Origin: a virus | Virus record (IMG/VR): IMGVR_UViG_3300018080_000138 | Location: 1-64,000 of that record | DNA: 64,000 bases | Reading direction: 5' to 3' (one strand) | In this document: piece after piece, positions 19,820 through 29,415 of the stretch | Numbering within the stretch: the first letter of the stretch is position 1 | Layout of the letters: each line of letters starts with the position of its first letter | Program-made: the position numbers and the translations under genes | The notes under the pieces: model-generated | What the model was told of the DNA's origin: nothing | The model's input: only the letters and a program-made list of their open reading frames with translations | Database searches by the model: none

Positions 19820-20413
19820 ATGGATTATCGTGAACAACTAATTGAGTGTTTAGAAAATATACCTAAAATTTTAAGAAGTTTAGGATATACAAATGTAGAA
19901 GACATAAAAGATACTGCCCAAGATTTTGCATTAAAATTTCTTGAGAAAGGGTATATTGAAAAATATGACCCAAAAATAGCGAAGCCATTTTCATATGTAT
20001 TTGGTTTTGTAAAGATAAGATCTATTGGAAGATTACAGAGATTTGCAAGGGATAAGTTACGGCATGCAGTGTCAATTTTTGATGAAGCAATTAATATTCC
20101 AATAAAAGATAAAAATTTTATAGATACACATAGCAGTGATAATGAGATAGAATTTTATTTGCAGTGCGAAAAAATTCGTGATGATCTTCGTGAGTATGGG
20201 GTATGGTCTACTTGTGAAAAAGATGGTAAGGTAATAGAACGTTCTCTTTTACAGTTATTTAACTTAATAATTCTTGGGTGTAATAGAGAAGAAATTCGTC
20301 AATACTTTAATGTATCGAATACTACTGTTACGAATATGTTGCAACAACTTCGTACAGTAAAAAGTGTTAAACATCTGAAGGAAATATATGCTGAGTCTTC
20401 CACTAATTATTGA
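19820..20413 (+). CDS. sigma70/ECF-like transcription factor
   Basis: Region-2-like DTAQDFALKF...YDP...FSYV and C-terminal HTH (REEIRQYFNVSNTTV). Confidence 0.6.
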   Translation: MDYREQLIECLENIPKILRSLGYTNVEDIKDTAQDFALKFLEKGYIEKYDPKIAKPFSYVFGFVKIRSIGRLQRFARDKLRHAVSIFDEAINIPIKDKNFIDTHSSDNEIEFYLQCEKIRDDLREYGVWSTCEKDGKVIERSLLQLFNLIILGCNREEIRQYFNVSNTTVTNMLQQLRTVKSVKHLKEIYAESSTNY

Positions 20414-20897
20414 GACATCTTGTTCCAATGACATAATACAATCAGTCAAAGAAAATTTATTAAAATTAAAAGACAGCACCGACCTACTTATTTATGAATG
20501 CCCTAAGTTAACAATAGATAAGTCAAGAGACATAGTTAAAGAATGCCAAAAACATTATCATAAAAATCGTTTAATCATAATTAATATAGGTGAACTTAGT
20601 AATAAGGCACAAGAACCTTTATTAAAATTATTTGAAAGTGCAATTGATGGTATTAAAATTTATATCTTGGTTGCCAATAAGTATATTTTATCAGATGTAT
20701 TAAGATCAAGATGTATATCTAAAAAATTTTATGATGCCGAGACAGAACTATTATATTTTTTAAATAATAGAAAAATTGATGTTAGTTTTAAAATAAACGA
20801 TTTAACTAATATTGATGTTAAAAACATTGCCAAAAGTATTAAACATGATAGGTTAAGAGATATTTTACCGGATGAATTAATGGATTTTATATGGTAA
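20388..20897 (+). CDS. holB: clamp loader delta'-like subunit (short)
   Basis: LTID..R, AQEPLLKLFE, ILS..LRSRC (SRC arginine finger). Confidence 0.75.
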   Translation: MLSLPLIIETSCSNDIIQSVKENLLKLKDSTDLLIYECPKLTIDKSRDIVKECQKHYHKNRLIIINIGELSNKAQEPLLKLFESAIDGIKIYILVANKYILSDVLRSRCISKKFYDAETELLYFLNNRKIDVSFKINDLTNIDVKNIAKSIKHDRLRDILPDELMDFIW

Positions 20898-21838
20898 GTA
20901 TAAATAAGTTTAATCAAATAAATATAAAAAAAGCCAAAAAGAATAAAGTTTTTTGTGTTATTGGAAATGATACATTTTTAACCAATGAGGCAATTAGACA
21001 CATAAAAAAAATTCATGGATTTCCACCTGAGTTAAGTGAAAAAATATTACTACCAATAAGTGAAAGTGAGGCAATACAATTATTATCCCATGATTTTTTT
21101 GCAGTATTAAACATATTAGATATTAGTAAAGTAAAAGGAAAAAAGCTTAAACTATTAAAGCATCTAATGCTTAAAAAAACACCTGTAATATTAATACCTA
21201 TATCTAATACTACAACTAAATTTGTGGAAAAATTAACCAAGACATTCATCACAATAAATTGTAAGCAAATAAATAGGTATGGTAATGAGTTACCGGCCTA
21301 CATTAAAAAAAGGGCGACTATTTATAATGTTATTCTTTCACATGAGATGGTGGCGTATATTATAAAGGCTGTATCAAATAACTTACAAAGAATAGAAAGG
21401 ATATTAATAAATTTACGGCATCTTAATAAAAAGTTATCTTTACTTGATGTTGTAAGAACAGTAGGATCGGATACAGCAATTGTTTATGAAGTAGTCGATA
21501 AAATTATCTGTAAAAATTCAAATGAAATTTTTAATGGATATATTAAGATGGTAGAAAATAATGTCTATCCTTTAATTTTACTTAATCTTTTATCGGAAAA
21601 GTTTGTAAAGATATATAAGATAAAAAATGAGGGTATATCTGATCCAAATATGAGTATTCATTATCTACACCCAAAAGAAAAAAAGTTTCTTATATATCGG
21701 TCAAGATATTGGGAAGTATCAGAAGTAAAATCTATATTAAGAAGTCTGTATTATGCATATGTTGACATTAAACAATTAAATAAAAATCCATGGTATGCAT
21801 TATCTAAAATAATTATTAATATAGTTGAAAATTGTTAA
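20891..21838 (+). CDS. holA: clamp loader delta-like subunit
   Basis: V.GND.FL start, VSNNLQRIE, VYEVVDKI, D..IK end; typical HolA layout and length. Confidence 0.7.
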   Translation: MVSINKFNQINIKKAKKNKVFCVIGNDTFLTNEAIRHIKKIHGFPPELSEKILLPISESEAIQLLSHDFFAVLNILDISKVKGKKLKLLKHLMLKKTPVILIPISNTTTKFVEKLTKTFITINCKQINRYGNELPAYIKKRATIYNVILSHEMVAYIIKAVSNNLQRIERILINLRHLNKKLSLLDVVRTVGSDTAIVYEVVDKIICKNSNEIFNGYIKMVENNVYPLILLNLLSEKFVKIYKIKNEGISDPNMSIHYLHPKEKKFLIYRSRYWEVSEVKSILRSLYYAYVDIKQLNKNPWYALSKIIINIVENC

Positions 21839-21881
21839 TTTACAGTAAAAATAGTATTATAATAAAGTATAGGAAAAATTC

Positions 21882-22559
21882 ATGGACATAAAAATAAGAT
21901 CAAAAAATATACCTTACTATAACTTTATTAAAGATTATAAGTCAGTATTACCAATATGGAGAGATCCAAGATCAAATAATCATACACGTATACAGCATGG
22001 ATTGACATGTCTACATGAGTTAGTGGTTAGATGTGGTGCATGTAAGTTAGCCCATAAATGTGCGACGAAAGTTGTTCCAGGAACAAGTTTAATTGCACCA
22101 GTGATGATTATTGGTAAAAATCCTGGTATTTATGAGGATAAGGGTGGAAGACCATTTGTTGGTAAGGAAGGGGTTATTTTAAATAATATTATTAAAGCAA
22201 TTGGATTTGCAAGGGCAAATTTTTACATTACAAATATTGTAAAATGCTATGCTGGTGGTAAAAAATTAACTGATAAAGAAATTAATGTGTGCAGGCCTTG
22301 GATATATACAGAGATGACATTAATTAAGCCACGAGGTGTAGTTTTGCTGGGAGGACGGGTAATAAATTCATTTTTCCCAGAAATAACAGATGCATTAAAA
22401 TACTCTGGAAAAATACTACAAAAAGGTAGTGTAAAATACTTTATGTTTGTCAATCCAAGTTACATTATAAAACATGGATATACTAAAAAGCTAAAAAAAG
22501 ATATTTTAAAAATGAAAAAATTTATTAAATGGTGTTATCGGTATGAAATCGTGGGTTAG
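21882..22559 (+). CDS. family 4 uracil-DNA glycosylase-like protein
   Basis: CGAC, G.NPG.YED..GRPFVG..G, YITNIVKC, C..W, VLLG motifs. Confidence 0.85.
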   Translation: MDIKIRSKNIPYYNFIKDYKSVLPIWRDPRSNNHTRIQHGLTCLHELVVRCGACKLAHKCATKVVPGTSLIAPVMIIGKNPGIYEDKGGRPFVGKEGVILNNIIKAIGFARANFYITNIVKCYAGGKKLTDKEINVCRPWIYTEMTLIKPRGVVLLGGRVINSFFPEITDALKYSGKILQKGSVKYFMFVNPSYIIKHGYTKKLKKDILKMKKFIKWCYRYEIVG

Positions 22560-22661
22560 CAATATTTGATTATGTATAATTTAATTAAATTCTGACAGGC
22601 ATAACCAGGGCAAATTTTAATTAAATTATTATTTGCATGTCAATGTATCTATTAACCAATT

Positions 22662-23039
22662 ATGTATAAAATTAAATTAGGTAAATATATGATAATATTA
22701 ATAATTACAATTTCAATGTGTATCTCAACTCTTATATTGGCACGACTAAAAAAATTGCATATTGCAATGTCCATTATTTTAGTTTTTTTATTCATATGTT
22801 TAATGTCCATTAATTATTTTACGATAGAAACAAAAATTACCATTGAGAAATATAAGATAGTAAAAAAATTATACGAAGAAGATATAAAAAATACAATCGG
22901 TATTTATAGTACTGAGGTACAGTTATATGTCTTTGAATATAATGAATGGTTAGCAGGAATAAAGGAATTAAATAAAAATATTATACTAAAAGACTTTATT
23001 CCGGATACCGTAGAATCATTAAAACCAATTTCTTTTTAA
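22662..23039 (+). CDS. membrane protein (two TM segments)
   Basis: Two hydrophobic N-terminal stretches. Confidence 0.55.
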   Translation: MYKIKLGKYMIILIITISMCISTLILARLKKLHIAMSIILVFLFICLMSINYFTIETKITIEKYKIVKKLYEEDIKNTIGIYSTEVQLYVFEYNEWLAGIKELNKNIILKDFIPDTVESLKPISF

Positions 23040-23215
23040 ATTTTAATAATACTTTTAACCATATAATTGTTATAAATTGTAGATTTATATTCACTTCTGC
23101 AAAATGTTTTTTTAACAAATTTTAAATTAGTGGATATTATATATGGACAGGGATAAGAATAGGGAAAGATGTATTATAAATTACGAAAAAATTTAAATTT
23201 AACTTAGGTAAGGTT

Positions 23216-23431
23216 ATGGCACAGGTAGAAGGTGAGACATATAAACAAATTGACGACTGGGAATGCCCAAAGTGTTCAGCTTATAGAACATACATAAGAA
23301 TTGGTATAACATTGTCTTCATTTTGGAAACCATATATCCATTGTACATCATGTAATAGTTATTTTACAGTAGATGGTAAAGAAATCCCTGAGGACGTTAT
23401 ATATAATAGGTTTTATTTTAATGGAGTATGA
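23216..23431 (+). CDS. Zn-ribbon hypothetical protein
   Basis: CPKC...CTSC; AAGG RBS. Confidence 0.6.
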   Translation: MAQVEGETYKQIDDWECPKCSAYRTYIRIGITLSSFWKPYIHCTSCNSYFTVDGKEIPEDVIYNRFYFNGV

Positions 23432-23711
23432 GGTCGTTTTAAATACAGAGTTTATTGAAAAAGTTATCTTATCGATACTTAGAAATGTATATCCAAGTAT
23501 CGATTTTAGTAATTTTTCTATTACTCCTGTAAATGGTACATTTCATTATATATCTGTAGATAATTGTTTTGATACTAAAAAGATTTATCTACAACATTAC
23601 ATATCAAGTAAATACATGATAGTTGTGAATATTGGTTATGATCTTAGCAGTAAGGTAATTTTTTATTCAGATTTTAGTAAACCAAATAAGGACAGTTTTA
23701 TATCTATTTAG
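23421..23711 (+). CDS. hypothetical protein
   Basis: ATG 23421 overlaps the previous gene. Confidence 0.5.
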   Translation: MEYEVVLNTEFIEKVILSILRNVYPSIDFSNFSITPVNGTFHYISVDNCFDTKKIYLQHYISSKYMIVVNIGYDLSSKVIFYSDFSKPNKDSFISI

Positions 23712-23719
23712 GAAGTATT

Positions 23720-23980
23720 ATGTAGGTTGCAGCATCAGAAGAAGTAGTATTTGTTAATGGTGTTAGATTTGCTAATCTTTTAGTAAATTTAGATAATTGT
23801 ATATTTATACTACCAAGTATAATTACCAATACAGATAGTAAGGAATATTTTGGATGCATTACATTTGAGTATCCAGCCAATCTTGGTAGTACAAAAAATG
23901 AAATTTGTTGGTATTATGATAATGAAGAAGATTGTTATAAAGATTTTTACATGCTTAGCAATAAATTAATAGGTAAATAA
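23720..23980 (+). pseudogene. hypothetical gene with TAG as second codon
   Basis: AGGAAG RBS, ATG-TAG, then 84 sense codons ending TAA just before queD. Confidence 0.55.
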
Positions 23981-23983
23981 ATT

Positions 23984-24340
23984 ATGTATATTATATCAAA
24001 AGAAGTAATAATATCAGCGGCACATTGGTTAGATTTATCATACGAGTCAAAGTGTTCTGAGGTACATGGGCATAATTGGAAAATAAAAGTTATTTGTTGT
24101 AGTGATGAAGTAAATAGTAATGGTATGGTAATAGATTTCACAAAAATAAAAACTATAGTAAATCAGTATGATCATTCAACAATTAATCATACACTTAGTA
24201 ATCCTACAGCTGAAAGGCTTGCACGTGTACTTTGTAGTGATATACCATTTTGCGTTGCCGTAGTTGTTGAAGAAACAGAAGGAAATAAGTCTATTTATAT
24301 TGATCCTGAATGTCCATCCTGTATAAAGGTAATAGTATGA
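23984..24340 (+). CDS. queD: 6-carboxytetrahydropterin synthase
   Basis: SAAHWL, CSEVHGHNW, GMVIDF, DH..IN, NPTAE, EET motifs. Confidence 0.95.
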   Translation: MYIISKEVIISAAHWLDLSYESKCSEVHGHNWKIKVICCSDEVNSNGMVIDFTKIKTIVNQYDHSTINHTLSNPTAERLARVLCSDIPFCVAVVVEETEGNKSIYIDPECPSCIKVIV

Positions 24341-24731
24341 TAAATAAAATAATACAATATTTTTCACATCCAACAGTAAAAATACCTATAAGACATAAAA
24401 AACAACTAAAAGCAAGATTTGATTATACCAATCTTGTACGTAATTATAATTTTGTAGATGAGGTTTATGAAATAGAAATTCCATGCCCATTGTGTTTAAC
24501 ATATAGCAACTGTCCTAAAAAATCTACATGTTCTGAATGTCCATTTCATAAATATGATCAAAGGTATACTGGTTGTGATGCTTTTATTCATAAAGCAATT
24601 AAAGATAAGGTAGTGTTTAGTACTAATTTTTATAGTGTGTTTCTTGCAAAAAAGACATTAAAAAAGGAATAAAGCAATTAAAAATGCTTAATAAATATGC
24701 AGAGAAACATATTGAATGGATAAACGATTAA
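24337..24731 (+). CDS. Cys-rich paralog family member (stop at 24672; -1 frame extends to 24731)
   Basis: KIP...L.ARFD...CPLC...C..CPF...C; the family C-terminus (..KHIEWI) lies in the -1 frame. Confidence 0.65.
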
Positions 24732-24764
24732 GTTATATCAAAGAATAAAAAGGAATTATTAGAT

Positions 24765-25322
24765 ATGACTGTTGACAATGGCGATATTATTCTTCAAATG
24801 AAGTCCGGCAATTTAAAGATTACGAGACAAAAACATATAGCAAGTGACTTTGTTATTACACCTGATTGGTGTGCTAAAGATATTATTACATATTTTAAGC
24901 CTACAGGAAAAATTCTTGATCCATGTAGAGGAGAAGGTGCATTTTATAAATCTATACCACAGGGTTCATATTGGTGTGAAATCCGGCAAGGAAAAGATTT
25001 TTTTGATTTTAATAAGAAAGTAGATTGGATAATAGGTAATCCACCTTATTCAATATTTGATAGGTGGTTAATGCATAGCTATGATATTGCCGATAATATT
25101 GTATACCTTGTACCAACCTATAAAATATTTAACCCTCTTGGCATAATAAGAATGATAAAAAGTAGAGGGCATGTAAAACATCTTAGAATTTATGATGTTG
25201 GTAGAAAAATTCCATGGGCACGTGGGAGACCAATAGCTGCAGCCTATATTAAAAAAGGATATTATGGACCAATGGAATGGTCATTTTATAAACAAGAAGA
25301 TGAATTTTTTACAGATAAATAA
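24765..25322 (+). CDS. DNA N6-adenine methyltransferase
   Basis: TP.W, ILDPC.GEGAF (motif I) and DWIIGNPPY (motif IV). Confidence 0.88.
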   Translation: MTVDNGDIILQMKSGNLKITRQKHIASDFVITPDWCAKDIITYFKPTGKILDPCRGEGAFYKSIPQGSYWCEIRQGKDFFDFNKKVDWIIGNPPYSIFDRWLMHSYDIADNIVYLVPTYKIFNPLGIIRMIKSRGHVKHLRIYDVGRKIPWARGRPIAAAYIKKGYYGPMEWSFYKQEDEFFTDK

Positions 25323-25362
25323 TTAACATATGGTTTATATTTTTTGGTGAGGTACTGTAATA

Positions 25363-25761
25363 ATGAATATTTATTGTATTAATTGTAAATTTTTTGTCGT
25401 GAGGAATGCTCGTAGGGGAATTACAGGATGTTGGAAGATGAAAGAATCAGCCATCCCATTAAATTATCTGAAACCTATTGATAAGTTTAAGCCTATGGTG
25501 CCAGATAATGTTGACTATCCAAATAAAGAAGGTAATTGCAAATTTTATCAGAGAAAGTGGTGGAAATTTTGGGTAAGAAGGGTTCGTGCAGAAAATAGAA
25601 GAGACGGTTTAAAAAGTACCATGGATAGCCCAAAAAGTATTATGAATAGTTCGAAAGGTGTTCAAGAGAATATACTTGTATATACCTTGACACCAACTGA
25701 TGCCCCGGGTTATTTATATGACCCATCACAGATAAATAGTAGAGGAATATATAATGAGTAA
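25363..25761 (+). CDS. Cys-containing hypothetical protein
   Basis: CINCKFF...C...NCKFY; GAGG RBS. Confidence 0.55.
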   Translation: MNIYCINCKFFVVRNARRGITGCWKMKESAIPLNYLKPIDKFKPMVPDNVDYPNKEGNCKFYQRKWWKFWVRRVRAENRRDGLKSTMDSPKSIMNSSKGVQENILVYTLTPTDAPGYLYDPSQINSRGIYNE

Positions 25762-25880
25762 TAAATGTATTGTACATGGTTGCAGTAATCATAAGGATGA
25801 AAGGGGAAGTTTATTGGTGACATGTGTGGTTAAAGGTGTTTTAACCGTGCCTTATCTTAAGGTTTGGAGGATATAGAATT

Positions 25881-26393
25881 ATGAGTATATGGTTTACCGC
25901 AGATACACATTTTGGACATAAAGGTATAATTAAGTGGTGCGGACGACCATTTGATACACTTGAAGAAATGGACAGTATATTAATAAGTAATTGGAATTCA
26001 ATGGTAAAAGAAGTAGATGTTGTTTATCATCTCGGTGACTTTGCATTTGGTAAACAAAAAAAGTATTTAAAAAAATTGAATGGTAGAGTAATATTAATAA
26101 AAGGAAATCACGATAAAGGCATCGATAAGTTAGTTGGCAAGTATGGATTGATGGAAGTATGTGATGTGAAGTATATAGTATATAAATCTGCACAAATTTA
26201 CATGTCCCATTATTCTCATAGAGTTTGGAGGAATTCATGCCATGGTAGCTTTAATTTATATGGGCATAGTCATGGAAAGTTACCTTTTTTTAGGAATAGT
26301 TGGGATGTTGGTGTGGATAATAATAATTTTTATCCAATAAGTTTTTATCTTTTACGGAGAAAGATTATCACAGAAAATCATTATTTAAAGTAA
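25881..26393 (+). CDS. calcineurin-like metallophosphoesterase
   Basis: ADTHFGH, HLGDF, KGNHD, HY, GHSH, DVGVD motifs. Confidence 0.92.
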   Translation: MSIWFTADTHFGHKGIIKWCGRPFDTLEEMDSILISNWNSMVKEVDVVYHLGDFAFGKQKKYLKKLNGRVILIKGNHDKGIDKLVGKYGLMEVCDVKYIVYKSAQIYMSHYSHRVWRNSCHGSFNLYGHSHGKLPFFRNSWDVGVDNNNFYPISFYLLRRKIITENHYLK

Positions 26394-26420
26394 TTAGTAC
26401 TAATTAAAGGAATAAATTAT

Positions 26421-27002
26421 TTGTATAAGATAAGTGAGTTATTTTATTCTATCCAGGGCGAAGGACATCATACCGGGATGCCCGCTGTGTTTATACGATT
26501 TTCTGGGTGTAACTTACATTGTAGTTATTGTGACACTAAATATCATACGGAAGGAAGTAATCTTTTATTGCAATGTATATGTAATGAGATATCTAAGTAT
26601 GATACAAAACATGTTGTTTTGACAGGTGGTGAGCCTTTTTTACAGATAGATAGTGAATTATTAGTTGAACTTGAAAAAAAACATTATCTCATCCATGTTG
26701 AAACCAATGGAACAATTAATTTTAGGGATAAGTTCCCTGATGGATTAATACATTGGATAACTGTCTCACCAAAAAAACATGCTGAACCAATAATTACCAG
26801 TGCAGATGAATTAAAAGTAGTAACATCTGTTCCATATAATGATGTGGATTGGTTATTTCATCTACAAAATACTATTAAGTGCAGATATTATTTTATTCAG
26901 CCAGAGTCAGAAAAGAATATAGATACAGTAATTAAATTTGTTAAGGATTACCCTACATTTAGATTAAGCATACAGGTTCATAAACTTTTAAATATTTTAT
27001 AG
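26421..27002 (+). CDS. queE: 7-carboxy-7-deazaguanine synthase (radical SAM)
   Basis: SIQGEG, GCNLHCSYCDT, LTGGEP, ETNG, SPK, Q.HK motifs; TTG start. Confidence 0.95.
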   Translation: MYKISELFYSIQGEGHHTGMPAVFIRFSGCNLHCSYCDTKYHTEGSNLLLQCICNEISKYDTKHVVLTGGEPFLQIDSELLVELEKKHYLIHVETNGTINFRDKFPDGLIHWITVSPKKHAEPIITSADELKVVTSVPYNDVDWLFHLQNTIKCRYYFIQPESEKNIDTVIKFVKDYPTFRLSIQVHKLLNIL

Positions 27003-27013
27003 AGGAATATAAC

Positions 27014-27421
27014 ATAATAGATAATAGTTTTTACAAACCGACACTACAAATAAAATTCGGTGTAGAAGGTAATTGCTTAGCCGCATGTATTACTACTTTA
27101 TTCGATGTGAGTATAAACGATGTACCAATGTTCTCAAGTTATTGTTGGGAATTTGAGTTAACAAAATGGTTTTCTGATAGATATGATTTATTTGTTGTGG
27201 CAATTAAGGCCAATAATAAAGATGATGTTAATCTTTTTGAAGATAGTTTAATTATTGCAACTATTAACTCAGACCACCCAAATATTGAGCGGCATGCTGC
27301 CATTACAAAAGGAAATAAAATTGTATTTGATTCAATGGTAGGTGAGGTTAATTTAGAAATAACTAAGGAAATGGATATAACTTATTTTATAATTAGTAAT
27401 ATTAGAAGGATGTGCAGATGA
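27014..27421 (+). CDS. papain/C39-like phage protein; probable ATA start upstream of the called GTG at 27107
   Basis: Frame open from 26984; GAGG RBS then ATA 27014; Q...GNCLAACI..L...DVP, HAAI and FDS suggest a Cys-His-Asp triad. Confidence 0.55.
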   Translation: MIDNSFYKPTLQIKFGVEGNCLAACITTLFDVSINDVPMFSSYCWEFELTKWFSDRYDLFVVAIKANNKDDVNLFEDSLIIATINSDHPNIERHAAITKGNKIVFDSMVGEVNLEITKEMDITYFIISNIRRMCR

Positions 27422-27768
27422 AAGTAATTATTGCAGGATCAAGACAAATTGATGACTATAATATTGTAGTGGAAGCTATAAATGAGTCAGAATTTTGTAT
27501 AACAGAAGTAGTATCTGGTACAGCGCGTGGTGTAGATAGTATTGGAGAGGAATATGCCATGATACACAACATTAAAGTAAAAAAATTTAAACCAATGTGG
27601 AATCTTTATGGAAAAAAAGCTGGTATTTTAAGAAATATTAAGATGGCAGAGTATGCTGATGCCTTAATTGCTATTTGGGATGGAAGTAGTATTGGAACAA
27701 AACATATGATAGAATTTGCAAATGAAAGAGGTTTAAAAGTGCACACAAAAATTGTGGAGGATACTTAA
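27412..27768 (+). CDS. SLOG family (DUF2493/YspA-like) protein
   Basis: IIAGSR, VSGTARGVD, G..AG..RN..MA, WDG.S.GT.HMI. Confidence 0.9.
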   Translation: MQMKVIIAGSRQIDDYNIVVEAINESEFCITEVVSGTARGVDSIGEEYAMIHNIKVKKFKPMWNLYGKKAGILRNIKMAEYADALIAIWDGSSIGTKHMIEFANERGLKVHTKIVEDT

Positions 27769-27770
27769 AA

Positions 27771-28517
27771 ATGCACGATAAAAACGTATTATTATATAGT
27801 GGTGGTCTTGATAGTTTTTGTCTTCATTATATTTTAACAAAAAAAGGTATAGAACATGATCTTTTGGTGGTCTTAACAGGAACAGATGATAATTATATCG
27901 AAGTGGAAAGAGCATTTAAATATATTAATGAACCTATTAATACTACATGTATTTTGTTAGACAAGTTTGAGTTGCAGAATAAAATAGTTCCCCTTAGAAA
28001 TGCATTATTTATTTTAGCTGCCGCAAATTTTGGAAATAAAATTTATTTTGGTAGCACAGTAGATGATGTACCAAAGGATGGTGATTATATCTTTAAGTCG
28101 ATAATGGAGACATTGCTTAATTACTATGGTAGTGATAGAAATGGTGTGTCAGAAGACATGGGATACCCATATGAGATAATAATGCCATTTAAGGAGTATA
28201 CAAAGGCAATGATTATACAGGAATATTTGAACTATGGTGGTCATATAGACGGTGTATTATATACATCGTATAGTTGTTATAAAGGAAGTAAGAAGCCATG
28301 TGGTATATGTACTCATTGCTTAAGAAAGTTTGTTGCATTACTTGTAAATGGTATTGATGTGGGCATCAATTATTATGAAAATGATCCAAAACTTAAATTA
28401 CTTGATTTTTATAGGGAAGCCTCTCATTTTCATAGAAAGGAGGCTCCCGATATTTGTGGTGCACTTGATATATGTAAAATTGAATATGAGTTGGAGGACA
28501 TTGTAGATGTTAAATAG
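27771..28517 (+). CDS. queC: 7-cyano-7-deazaguanine synthase
   Basis: SGGLDS PP-loop, VPLRN, SYSCY...PCG.C..C Zn site. Confidence 0.92.
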   Translation: MHDKNVLLYSGGLDSFCLHYILTKKGIEHDLLVVLTGTDDNYIEVERAFKYINEPINTTCILLDKFELQNKIVPLRNALFILAAANFGNKIYFGSTVDDVPKDGDYIFKSIMETLLNYYGSDRNGVSEDMGYPYEIIMPFKEYTKAMIIQEYLNYGGHIDGVLYTSYSCYKGSKKPCGICTHCLRKFVALLVNGIDVGINYYENDPKLKLLDFYREASHFHRKEAPDICGALDICKIEYELEDIVDVK

Positions 28518-29415
28518 TAGTAAAATAATTAATGTTGAGTACGGAGACATTAAAAAGTTTTCATTTGTAATGGCAAGACAAATAGTTGAAAAAAGTATTA
28601 AGGTGTCAAGTGTATATCCAATAAATCTTGAGTCATTTACATTCGCAGCCGCGTTGAGTAGATGTTTAAAGGTACCAATTGTGTTTAATCGTCGGAAGGA
28701 TTCATTGTCTGCATATATTGTGCAGACTGGACCGATAGTTAGTATGGATAAATCACATGCTGTGTTACTTGTTACTGATAAGGATAAAATAAATGTTCCG
28801 AATTTATTTTATGGTTTGGATTATTCAACTATTAACAATCCAAAATTTGTATTTCCATGGTCAGAAGTATTTTCTCCGGAAAAAAAGATATCTGACATAA
28901 TCTCATATATTGGTGATGACCCTACAAGAAGCGGTTTAGTAGAGACACCGAGGCGCGTTGTAAATTCATGGAAAGAGTTGTATAGTGGTTATGGTATTGA
29001 TCCAGTATCTGTAGTGAAATTATTTGATATTGATACTAATATGGATGAGATAATTGCAATAAAGAATATTGAGTTTTATTCAACATGTGAACATCACATG
29101 TTGCCATTTTATGGAAAGATTTCCGTTGGGTATGTTCCTAATAAAAAGATAATTGGTATTTCAAAGATACCAAGGTTAATAGAAATATATGCACGTCGTT
29201 TACAGATTCAGGAAAATTTAACATCTCAGATAGCCAATATATTATTTGATATGTTAAAACCAAAAGGTGTTATGGTAGTATGCCATGGAAAGCATTTGTG
29301 CATGGTTCAAAGAGGCGTAAAAAAGCAGGATGGCTGGATGGTAACGAGTGCCGTACTTGGTATCTTTAAGACTAACCCACCAATTAGGGCGGAATTTATG
29401 GAGATAATTAAATGA
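28507..29415 (+). CDS. folE: GTP cyclohydrolase I with ~125-aa N-terminal PRTase-like extension
   Basis: GL.ETP.RV, CEHHMLPF, GISK..R, RRLQIQE, HLCM..RG. Confidence 0.95.
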   Translation: MLNSSKIINVEYGDIKKFSFVMARQIVEKSIKVSSVYPINLESFTFAAALSRCLKVPIVFNRRKDSLSAYIVQTGPIVSMDKSHAVLLVTDKDKINVPNLFYGLDYSTINNPKFVFPWSEVFSPEKKISDIISYIGDDPTRSGLVETPRRVVNSWKELYSGYGIDPVSVVKLFDIDTNMDEIIAIKNIEFYSTCEHHMLPFYGKISVGYVPNKKIIGISKIPRLIEIYARRLQIQENLTSQIANILFDMLKPKGVMVVCHGKHLCMVQRGVKKQDGWMVTSAVLGIFKTNPPIRAEFMEIIK

